Made by a program: the position numbers and the translations under genes. The notes under the pieces were generated by a model, which saw only the letters and a list, made by a program, of their open reading frames with translations, was not told where the DNA came from and ran no database searches. Positions 1 through 19,600 of a stretch of 64,000 bases of DNA are shown here, piece after piece; position 1 is the stretch's first letter; the number at the start of each line of letters is the position of its first letter. The DNA lies in the NCBI RefSeq assembly GCF_021028975.2, contig NC_059430.1:87420001-87484000 (forward strand). The letters run 5' to 3'. The DNA is from Sphaerodactylus townsendi (lineage: Eukaryota).

Positions 1-852
1 TTAGTCAGTGGCAGTACAATACTCACTTAAATGCAAAACTAGGGTTTTTCCCCAAGATATACTATCCAAAAGGGAATGGCCGTCTTCCTTTTGAGAAAAT
101 GTGGTATATTTTATAACGCATTACTAGAGAGCAATAATAGGGGGAAACTGTCTCTTTCACACACCACCTATATGGGCATGCCCACTACTGTAGAAGAAGA
201 ATTGCTGGAGTAGCAAAAGCTGAAACCAAAATAAATGTCTTCAAGATGCTACTGGACTTCTATGTTTTTTCTGAATTCACACAGCAATTCTTATGTCCTC
301 CACAAACAAACCCATCCAGAGCCTGAGGAAGCAGGATGCCATTCTGCCATTCAGCCTCCAGAGGGCTTTCAGCCGGTGCGGGAGATGAGAACAGCAACAA
401 ACATTCCCTGACAGCTATAAGCCATGGGACTGGGTGGACTTACCCTACCCTATTGGATGGCAAAAGTCCTCAGTGCTGGCTACAGCACTGGCAGCCTGAA
501 AGTCCGGTTGGGAGCAGGCTAATGTCATTGGCTCCTCTCCTTAGGAACACCCCGTTCCGTCTCCCCTGCTCAGGCGCCCACTCAGACATGAACGCAGGGG
601 GGAGTACCAGTCACCCTCCAAGGTTGGATGCCAAGGAGGTCTGCAGTGCCCGCCTGCCTCCCAGGTTGCCCACCATGCTGCCAAATGTGCCAGCAGGATG
701 GCCATATGCACCAATGAGAATTTGCACCAGCTCCAAAGAACCACACACACACACACCCCTTTTGGATGGGGCTGTAAGTCTTTCCAGAAAGAATGTTACT
801 TCTGGAATGGCTTTACATTCCTCTGCTATCTACAAGGAACTGTAACAGCCTA

Positions 853-8345
<7,493 letters not shown>

Positions 8346-9859
8346 GGCCTACAAAGATAGACATTGTTGTTCCCCAACCTTTGTCAGGCCACTTCTGAAC
8401 TGTGGCGGGAATGATAGGAGCTTCCCTGAAGTCCTTGCGACAGAGACTAAACTCCTTATAATAGTGCTTTCAGCTTCTCTGTCATGCAGAAACTCCCTCA
8501 CCATGTTGAGTTGTACGTCCAAGAGATGCTGTGGTCTAATTGAGCAGGTTTGCAGTGTACCTGAGCTAATTACCATTGTAGAGAACAGCTGCCCCCCCCC
8601 CCCGCCAAATCTGTTTCAACCTGAAGCAAAAATTTTTTACAAAGCATTAATATAAAAATGGAAATATGTAAACCTTTAAAGAAAACACTCAAGAAATAGA
8701 GCAATCAGCACGTTAAAAACAGCACCCACAATCTATTCTGAGAAACCAAAGAGCATGCCTTTTGTAGTTTTAACAGGCCACTATTGTACAGGGGAATGCC
8801 ACACAATCTGAAATTTGTCATGAATATTTTTATCCTCTAAGATTCTCTTTTCTAGATTTCATTCTTGTTGTGACCCTGTGATGTATGTCAGGCTAAAAGC
8901 ACATGACTGGCTGAAAGTCATCTACCACATTTATACGGCAGAGACATGGCAGAGTAGGTTTTTGAACTAAAGTGCCCTAGTCCAATACTAACCCCTTGTC
9001 CACACCAAAATCCTTTGAGAAGAAATAAAAATTGCTGGATGACTGAAACAAGTGCCATTGCAAGATATTTGGAACATGATATTGAGTCATGAATTGGGTG
9101 TAAAGGCTGCACAGAAATATTTTAAATAAATAAAACATGTTTTGGCTTTTATCTGTTGTAGTTACATTTATTTCATGAGAAAAGTGGAATTAGATAAAGT
9201 TGAATATATTCATACTGGTTCTCTTCTCAGATGTAGTTGCCAATTTTGGGTTGGGAGATACCCGGTGATTCTGGGGGTGGAACTTGGAGAAAGTAAAGTT
9301 TGGGAATGGACTTCTCTGGGGTGTGCCATAGAGCCCATACACCAAAGCAGCTATTTTCTCCTGGGAGGGTGGACTCTATGGGATTATACCCTGCTGAAGT
9401 GGCTCCCCACGTCAAACCCTGCCATGCCCAGGCTCCATACACACACCCCTCTCAAAGAGGAACTGATCTCTGTTGGCAGGAGATCAGTTGTAAATCTGGG
9501 AGATCTCCAGTTTCCATCTGCAACTTTGCTGTTCTATGTCCATTTCCTCTTTGGGGTGCGGTAGGGTTAGGACAGCTGTTTTCAAGCACTTTCAGAAGGA
9601 TTTGTCTATTATGGCAAAATAAAACAGAAAACTGGCAGCGTAGTCAGTCAACACTCGAAAGATTTGAAGATTTATGAGATTAAGCACATCCCACCCCCGG
9701 CAACGTATCCCACATAAAATGTAGTCTTGGGCCTTGAAATAAACGATTCGAAGGTGTTGCTAGAGGTCTGTTTTATTTGCCTACAACAAACTAACTCAGC
9801 TAATCTTAAACAACGATTTCAGCCTGAGCCTTCGATAGCCTAAATTAGTTTCCTCAAAC

Positions 9860-10620
9860 GCCACGAAGAGCTCCCGGGGGGGGGGGGGGGGGCACTGATC
9901 CCAGCGGACTTGTATTCTGGATTCCATTCAGGTGGGCCGCTATTCAGTCCTCCGTTAAAGCAAAACGGAAGAGGAGACTGACCCACCCTGTGCCCCGGAA
10001 GCGGTTCCTGAGTTCCTGCACGCGCCGGCTCCTGGCAACCAGCGACCCGGCCCGAGGGGAAAGCCGCCGAGCTGTGGCGCGGGGGGCTTCTCGGAAGGCG
10101 CCATGATGCTGCGCGGGGCGCCCGAAGGCCAGGCCACGGCGGTCCTCAGGCCCCTGGCCACGGGTAGGCTGCAGTTGCGCCGTCCTTCCCTCACCTGCCC
10201 CGGGGGATCCTAGTCGCTCCTCCCTGGTGCTGGCTGGCGGCGGCGGAAACCTCGGGCTCCCCGGCATGGAGATGGCTGGTGTTCGCGCAGGTTATTTAGG
10301 GAGTATTCCCGACCCCTCCTCAGGCATGGAAGCGTTTCTGGTCTAGGAAGAAGGATGGTGGCGCGACCGTTGGGGCTCACCTGGCCCTGCTGGTCTCCCT
10401 TTGCGCGGGAGAGTCTAGACTAGAGCCTTTGGCCGCTGCAGAGAACAAGCAGCGATTCGGCAGGCGCGTCTAGAAGCAGGTGGCCCTGTTGAACTTTCTA
10501 CTCGCAGCTGTCAAAAGGAGGGCCAGAAGGAGGAAAGGGTCGAAGCCGGAGAGAGTGCTACAGGACGTGAAGAAAGGGCATGCCAGGGATGAGGGAGAGG
10601 CGGCGGGGGGGGGGGGGGCA
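9860..10620. promoter_or_regulatory. CpG island promoter of DNAJC2 (divergent from PSMC2)
   Basis: High GC/CpG around exon 1; CGGAAG ETS cores near 9966 and 9995; G17 run at 9876-9892. Confidence 0.8.
10103..10163 (+). CDS. DNAJC2: DNAJC2 exon 1 (61 nt coding)
   Basis: gccATG; [20 protein letters not shown](A)|gtagg; phase 1 matches exon 2. Confidence 0.88.
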
Positions 10621-13600
10621 CCAAACTTTTCCCTCTTGCGGTCTTTATCTTACATGGACTTTTTTTTCACGGAGGGGTGAATTCTTTAATTTGGGTCGTA
10701 TAGTCATCTGTCGTGATCCTGTAATCAGCTTCTGCTTTCTGTGATGAGGCTTACATTTTTGGGTGTTTTGACAATAACTCTTTAAGTATAGTACAACCCT
10801 TAATGGAGCATAACACAACAGTTCTTCTTGACAGAGTAGACGTGAGTAAAGAAAAGGTTACTCAGTTGCTGAAAAATGAACCTGATCCCACCGGTCTTTG
10901 GTATCCACAAAGCAGTGGAATGTTCCAGATTTTTTCCCATTTGCTTTAAATAAAGCCCCCACCACAAAATTCTGTTGCTGTATAAACTTTCTCATAAGTC
11001 ATTAGGAAACTCATCTTTAAAATGTAATTCCTGACAATTATGGTGACACAGAAGAGTGTAGATGCCATAATTGTCATAATGTGACTCTTTGAGAGCACTT
11101 TTAAAGCGAAAAGAATTTGGTTGTTTACAAATGATGTGCTAATGTTAAACAATGGTTGAACTCATACGACCTTTTTTATAGATGTAAGAAATAGGGGACC
11201 TTTTGACACCCCTTCCCTCAAGCTACACTGGGAATTGAGAGATGGTGGGTGGGGCTGCAGCTGTCAGAGAAGGTTGGCATTCCTTCTCTTTCACCACTGG
11301 ACTAACCTGTATCTTCCCTTTTACCAGGCCAACCTTTTCCTGTGAAAATGACACAGTAGAACTTCTCTTCCTATAAAAAGTGGAATTAAAATGAATTAAT
11401 GCTCATATCTAGAAATGTATCTACATATCTTGAGGATATATGGTTTATGCAGTTATAATTAATTTTGGAAGCACTTATATCAGTTAAGGCACTAAACTAT
11501 GTTGTTATATGAAGGAAGCATTCTTTTATATTTGCTAGTAAATTTGATACCATAACTTAGGCCTAACGAAGACTTTTCATGTTGCATTAGTTTGGTTTGG
11601 GCTAAATAAATTGATACATTTGTTCTTCCCCTTGAGGTTTGCTTAGTACCTGTGTTACCCAAGTTTACAATTAAGAGGCTTATCATTTAACACTGTTGTA
11701 ATGTACTGGCCTTCCTTGTTTGCCATACCTAATGGTGTGGGAGCTTAGCCATTTAAATAAGGGGTGTCTTTTGGTTCTGGCTTCTTTCCTTTTTTTGCCA
11801 GCAGCTGCAGCTATTAGGAGGTATAGTACAACCCTTAATGGAGCACATCTGCACATCTGCCAGCCACAAATGCAGGCGAAACGTCAGGAGAAAATGCTAC
11901 TAGAACATGGCCATACAGCCCAGAAACCACAACACCCCAGTGATTCCAGCCACAACAGCCTTCAACAATATATTAGGAGGTCATTTTTGGAGCTACAATA
12001 AACATGTTGTTCTTTTTCCCCTGATGCAGTCTTTTGTTAGAGAACTTAACAACCATCTTTATAGTGTGCTTGTAGTCTGAAAACTGGAATTCATCTTTAG
12101 CTGCTCTGATATCCACGTTTATATGAGCTGGTTGTTGTTTTTAATTAACAGTTTTTTATGTTTTATTAAAAGATGGTACAAATTGTCCTATCTCCATTTT
12201 ACTTCCACAGTATCCCTGGGAGTTAGGTTAGGTTAGGTTGAGAAACAGTGACCGATCTAGAGTCACCTAGTGGGCCACAATGCACAGTGGGGATTAGAAT
12301 TGGTTATCCTAGCGCTTACACCAAATTGGCTAAGCCAAATCAGTATGAACCAAGATTTCAGGTAATTGAAAAAGCAGTTCCCTGTGCTCAGGGTTTTTTT
12401 GTACCAAATATCTTGTTATGTTCGAGCCCTTCGGGGGTGAGGCGGCTTATAAATCCCATAATAAATAAATAAATATCAGATTTTTGACATGCATTACAAC
12501 CATCACAGTCTTTAATTTGTTGTTCCAATGTGAGGAAATTGCAAGCTGTTAACTAAATTGTAGACATATTTATTTTTAAAATGATTAGCAATAGATAGTG
12601 AAGGTGTTAGAAATATAAAACCAACTTGTTTGTGAAATTAGCAAAAATAGTCTTAAACTTAAGTAATTAAATGAACCTGTTTTAGTTCTATATTTTGGAA
12701 AGCATAATGTAGCATCATTAAAAGTATAAACAAATAAAAAATAAATTTAAAATGATGTAAAAACCATTGCACCTGTCTTCAAACATTTGTGTAAAAATAT
12801 CTGAAGAAACAAATCCTGTCAAATTCATGCAACACAAAATGCCTTCTTGAGGAGTCAGATAATGTTTGAGATGCTGAGGAAGTGGCCAACTGCATTTCAA
12901 AGAGCTGCTCATTCCAGAGCATGGGTGCCACTACAGAGAAGGCCTGGCTCCCTGTCCTGAAAAGCCAGACACTGAGAAGTGACCTCTCACTGTCAGTTCT
13001 GAGGGAGCAGGAACGGCTCGCTATGAGGGGAGGCACTCGATAAGTTGGTCTTGTACTTTCTTTCACAGCTTCTGTGCTCTGCCAAGTTGAGCCTGTGGGA
13101 CGATGGTTTGAAGCATTTATTAAGAGGAGAAACATGCATGTTTCTGCCTCTTTCCAGGAGCTGGAGGATGAGAAAGAGCTTTCTGAAGAGTCGGGAGACG
13201 AGGAATTACAGCTGGAAGAATTTCCTTTATTAAAAACACTTGATCCAAAGGACTGGAAGGTACGTCTAGCAAATTGCTTTGAGCTTCCCATAAAGAGCAT
13301 GATTTCTGTCTTGTACAGAATTTGCCTGCTGTGGAGCTTTAGTATTGTTGCTGTTATTACTTGCTTTTCCCCTAGCATTTCCATCTTGACAACTTTTTCT
13401 AGATAAAAGACTACAGCTGTACATGTGTTTTTTAAAATCTTGTACTTGAAGCTCTAAGAAGGTCCAGTATTATTTTAAAGATGAGAAAGACACCAGTAGA
13501 AGGGAAAGGCTCTCAGGTAGGAGAGGAACAGTTAATAACTTTGCTATTTGTCTTTCATAGGCAGTTGCTACTCACAATAGATAACTGGCAAATTATACAA

Positions 13601-16600
13601 CTTTGTATAATTAGTAGTGTTTCAAGCTACTTATTTCATTTAGTTGATTTACAGCGATTGTTCTGTTGCCTTGGAACATTTTCCAGTTTGACTGTTGAGC
13701 TTTGCCAGAATTGGGAAGATTCTGTTATTCATTGATATTTATAGCTTGTAAATATACTTTAGTTTGGATAGTAGCAGCTAATATTTGCATTTGTTTCTCA
13801 GAATCAGGACCACTACTTGGTTCTTGGACTGGGACATTTGCGATACAAAGCCTCTCAGAAGCAAATCAAAGCAGCTCGTAAGTACCTTGTATTAATTCTT
13901 GATGAAAATGCTTTCACTTATGTAGGCAGTTCTGAACTGATTTCAAGAAGAGGAGGAGATTGGGCTTATATCCCACCTTTCTCTCCTGTAAGGAGACTCA
14001 AAGAGGCTTACAAACTCCTTTTCCTTCCTCTTCCCACAACAGACACCTTGTGAGATAGGTGGGACTGGGGGCGTTCAAAGAGAACTGTGACTAGCCCAAG
14101 GTCACCCAGCAGCAATGTAGGAATGGGGAAACAAATCTGGTTCACCAGATAGAGTCCACCACTCCTGTGGAGGAGTAGGGAATCAAACCTCGTTCTCCAG
14201 ATTAGAGTCCACCTGTTCTTAATTACTATACTACGCTGGAAGAACATTTGGCATGATCTGTATTGCTTTTCAACAAAAGCATTCTCAGAACTATTTATGT
14301 AATAATTTGAACTACTTAAAACGCTTTTGTAAAAATAAAGACAGTAATGTGTAAGAACCCCTTTTGGGAATGGAGTTTGATCTAGGCACAGCGCAGAGGG
14401 TGCCTGGTTGGTGTCTCCATTTCTTCTGATGGCTCCGACAGTGAATTATGGGACACACTCCCTGCAAAAAAAAAAAAATCGGAGTTGCTGATCTGGTGGG
14501 TCGGTCTTTGCGCTTTCATAAGAGGGCATCGTCTGTCTCTTCACAGACCCTCAGCAAGTCTGATCCTGTTTGCCAGACTGAGGGTGGGGGGGGGGGGGCT
14601 TTGGCTGCAACAGCTCAAGCATTGTGGTAAGCTGAGCCTGTGCTTGGAGAAAAAAGCACCTTAGATAATCCAGTATCAAGAATCAAATAAAACAGTCACA
14701 TTTCAGTTGTCTCTAACATAAAAGCAATTAAAATGAAAGTATCGCTTGTGCTGTGGGATACAGTGGTAGTGTCTATCAGATTTGACTGCAACATCAGAGT
14801 CATCTGTTTTTGGAGAGGGATCATTTAGCCGTTGTTATCCATGCTCTAGTACTATCCAGGCTGGATTGCTATGATGTGCTGTATATGGAGCTGCCTTTGA
14901 AATTTGTTTGGTATTCAGCTAATTCTAAGTGTAGTAGTCGGATTCTAAACTGGTACAAACAGCCAAGAAAACAGGGTTAAAAGCTCACTGCTTCCAGTTA
15001 GCTTGTGGGCTCAACTTACAGTACTGCTTTTAACCTCCAAAGCCCACAGCGGCCTAGGTAGCTGTTAGTGCAATTCTGAGTAGACCAGTTTAGGATTGTG
15101 CTGTAAAGGATGGATTTTTTCTTTGTGTGAGCCCTGCATGCACTCCTGTCTTTAGAGAGGAAATGGGAATTTTATGGGAGAGGGATATTTTTCTGTTGCC
15201 AGCTACATTTCAGAACCCTCTCCTAGGCATGCTCACATGGCATTATTTTTGTTAATATACGGGTGCCAGGCAAAGTCCATCCTCTTCTCTTGTGATTTGA
15301 ATTGCATTTTGGATCCTGTTGTCTGGTTGAGTTTTTAAATTTTTGTTATGTTTTTAACCCTGCTGTTGGACTCAAGTTACATATTTCATTTTTGCCTTTC
15401 ATTTTGTAAGCCACCCTGATGGCTTATGCCAAAAAGCAAGATGTAATTGCCTTAGATAAATAAACAGTCCTGGTTTCTAATGACCCGGGTGTAATTTTTA
15501 TATGGAGTCTCTTGAAATCCCAGTATCTTGTGCAGTCATTTCTCCCTGCCCCCCAATCCAGTACTGTCCAAATATTAGCAGGGCTTGTTTCCTTGTAGGC
15601 ACAGTTATAATTGCAGCCCAGATCACCAATACATTGTATGTTCAGAGTTGTATAGAGAACTTCAGTAAGTATATGTGGTAGAGAGATGAAATTTAGCCAT
15701 GTCAACACACAAGAACAGTTTGACCCTTACTGCGGGAAAATACTTAAAATATTAACTGCTGCAGATTGGAGGAAACAATTGTATGTATTGGCTGCCTCAT
15801 AAGTCAGCTAGGACCCTCAAATATGAATGTTCTTATCCATCAAAATTGAATTACTACTTCATCTCTTTGTTTTTTCTATCTAAAAGTTGTAGTAAGGGAG
15901 TATGTACATCACAATACACTAAATTTGAATTTAGTGCTTATTTAAACCCATAGATAAAGCTATGGTGTTGAAACACCATCCAGACAAGCGAAAAGCAGCA
16001 GGAGAACAGATAGGTGAAGGAGACAATGACTACTTTACCTGTATAACAAAAGGTAAGACCTGAAGAGAATAAGATTCTGCCTTTGCTTGATCCTGTTATA
16101 TATTGTGTTTTTACGGAAATATGTGTCTAAGTAGTCCAGTACATTTGTTTTAGTTGCTTTTGTAACTTGTAATTACTTTAAAAGTTAGAAGCATGAAGCT
16201 TCTTGTTCTGTTTGCTTCCAGCAAAGCTAATTTCCATTGATACCTGAGACAACAATCTTGTAGAATATCTCCTTAAGTTCAGAACACAAGGACTTCTGTA
16301 TTCTCACTTGATTCATGAGGCATAATGTGTCAAGCTACAGATAAGCCTAATTATAGAGAGCCATAGTTCTATAGCCTTAATTGACACAGGTATCTGCTTG
16401 CTGATCTAGAGACGTGGTTGCTGTACTAGCTCAGTTTAGTGCCACTTAATCTGCTTCCACTTTCAGTGTCACTGTTGAGCCTGAAGTGTTGTATTGATTT
16501 TCAGAAATCTGCAGAATAGCAAGAACAGAGAAGCCATGGGAGCTCCAAGTGGGATAGATCATGGCAAATGTGATTGTTATTTTAGAATAGTGCTGAACCA

Positions 16601-19600
16601 AGCACCTAGAAGCCCCAGTGGTGGATTTTAAGCATGCCATAGCAATACTTTGTGCTTTGCTTCTGCTATTAACCCAACAGTCCAGCACTTATTGGCCAGT
16701 GCATTCATTGAGATTCCTTGAAGGCACTTTGACTACATGGACATATACTTATTGTGTTGGGACTGAGAGAGGTCTTCTTCCAAATTCCTCAAATAACTAG
16801 ATTCACAAAAGTGATCTTTCTGAAAGGGCTGTCTTCCTGCTTTTGAGCAAACCTTGTCAGCATGAAGACAAATTAGGCTTCCAGATTTGTCTCAAAGAAG
16901 ACAGTTTGAATGGTCAAAAGTATTATTTGCTTTTCAGTTAAAGTAGAATTTGATTGCAATTTTAATTCCAAGAATTGATTAACTACTATAAATCTGTGCA
17001 GCACTTAAAGTATGTATTTTGTGCAAACAGCTTCTGCCTCTAGAATTTAACAGCCAGTAGCAACATGAAGATTTGCAGTAGTGAATAATTGAATAATTAT
17101 AGGAGCATTAAAAATATTGTTTCCTCCCCTTAAGTAACTTGTTGCTGTTTAATCTCATTTTTCAGCCTATGAAATATTATTCGATCCTGTGAAAAGACGA
17201 GCTTTTAACAGTGTAGATCCTACTTTTGATAACACAGTTCCTTCTAAAAGTGAAGCTAAAGAAAATTTCTTTGAAGTTTTTTCACCAGTTTTTGAAAGAA
17301 ATTCCAGGTGAGTTATATTACAAACTCTTTGGGGGCCTTTTCTGTTATGGTAGCTGATATGAGAGTCGTAGCTGGGCCAAACTGTGCCCGGGGCAGACTT
17401 TGTGTTTTCACACACACACACCCCCCCCACCCACCTACCTACCTAAGTTCAGGATGAAAAGCAGCCTGTTCAGGTTGAAAAAGCACCCTGGTGGGAACTA
17501 CACTTCCCAGAAAGCCTTGAGGCTTGCAATGTCTCCTGGGTAGTGTAGTTCCTACCAGGGTGGTTTTTCAGGCTAAACTAAGGTAAGTGGAGGAGGGGGC
17601 GGGGCGCCACGGGGAGGAGGGGGCTATTTTCCACCCCCTAGGCATGTGCCCGATGCTCAGCATATCCCCCCGTCCCTGCCCCCTTGTAGCTTCGTCTCTG
17701 ACTGATACAATGAGCCATTTATCCCAACCAGTACAGGTGACTGTCTATTTAACAACACTAAAGAGCAGCAGAGTGAGTGAGATCTTGTAGTTGAGAGTTG
17801 TATCCACACAATTGATATATTTGAATTGTGTCTTGAAATGTATATGATTACTACAGCAACCTAGCAATGTATGCTGGTAGAAACATAAAAGCATAGTTCA
17901 GAAAGTAAACAGAGAAGGTCCTTCTATCTCTTTTTATTCAAAAATAATTGTAATTTCTTAGGGCAGAATGATCAGCGCTTACTCATTTGCCTGTATAGAT
18001 ATCTTTAGAGGATCTAGCCTTCAGGGTAATATGTATTCTCTAAATGAGCAGCCTGGGGATAAGCTGAACCCCAAAGCATTTGTGAGAAATGCTTATTTTC
18101 AATAACTTTTACCATTTTAACTAATATTGTCTGTGTATCCCTTAATTGCTGCAGGTGGTCAAACATAAAAAATGTACCAAAGCTTGGAGTTGCAAACTCA
18201 TCATTTGAAGAGGTAGATGCTTTTTATTCATTTTGGTAAGTGTGCCAACTCTCTCTCTCTCTCTCTCCCTCTTTCTCTTTTTTCAAAATAATGAATTAAT
18301 GTATGCACAAATTGCATAGGAGAATCTCTGAAAGCAACACACTTTTGGTACATTTGATTAAGTGTGGTCTGAGGTCAGTTTTATGGATTTTTATGGCATT
18401 TTTATGTACCTGGCTTGTTTGGTTTTCATATTGTTTTTATTTATAAGCTGCTTTGACTGGGACTTTCAAGAGGCAGCCAAAAAAATTGCTTTTTCTAAGA
18501 TCATGAACCTTATCATGAGAAGGGCTTGGGGAAGGAGACATGTAGACATTATGTTGCATCTCTGGGATATGTATAAAACTTACATTTCTTCCCTTGGACT
18601 TTCTGAAACTGTTACACATAAGTAGGTTTCTTAGTGTTTGCTGAAAGCTGCTCTAGGATGAGGGTAGTACAATATATTCAGATAAATGGCTTTCTACTGT
18701 CATCTAAGCCCATTTAAATGGCTTGCTACTGTAGTCTAAACCCGTAGTCTAAACCCATTAATTTCACTGGACTTAGACAAAAGTAATTCTGCATAGGATT
18801 GCATTTTAGTTGCTTCTGCCCTAAGGCTTTATCTATTACCATTCTTAGATTTATGTGTTAATTCGAAAATCAGGGAGACTCATCTGTCCCCTTTGGTTGC
18901 CATCTTCTACTAGCACATGAAGACTTGTTTCCTTTCTCTCAGAGATCCCTCCTTTTTGCCCAGTATTTGAATTGTTGGTTTTATGTGCATTTTAGGTCTG
19001 TTTTCATTGTTTTAACAAAGTATTTGTGGTGGTGTTAATGGTGTTTAAGAAGTGATTGTGTATGTTTTTGTTAACTACCTTGGTGGCCCTTGTGATGGCA
19101 GAAAGATGGGGTGTAAATTTTCTAAAATGAATAAATCCAGGGGGTATTTGGGGTGTGTGTGGAGAGTAACATGTGCACTTCTACTTCGTGGTTCTTTGTG
19201 TATTCATATTACCAGAGCAGTAGGTCTGATTCACCAGGAGAGTTAACAACTCTGCAGTTCCCAATTTTCTCTATGTATTGTATGTAATTTTGCTATATAT
19301 TGTTTCAGGTATAATTTTGATTCTTGGAGAGAGTTCTCTTACTTAGATGAGGAAGAAAAAGAAAAAGCTGAATGGTATGTAAATAAAAAGGTTGTTTTAA
19401 GGATATGGTTAATATACAAAAATTAGTCAGTGTCTCATACTAAATTTCAGATGTAATTTAGAAATTTTAAATAAGTATTGAAGTAGAAGATATACTAAGT
19501 CACCAGTGTGATTATGAATGCATAGCTGAAACATTGACAGGCAGCGCATCCGGGGGGGTAGGGGGTGAATCCCCCTCTGAAACTGGCACAGTCCTGCTTT

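Noticed and set aside
336-845. 169-aa plus-strand ORF
   Set aside because: Antisense within PSMC2 intron 7, over GC-rich degenerate repeat-like sequence; no recognisable domain.
12779-13384. 201-aa minus-strand ORF
   Set aside because: Antisense shadow of DNAJC2 exon 2 fused to an L2 remnant.
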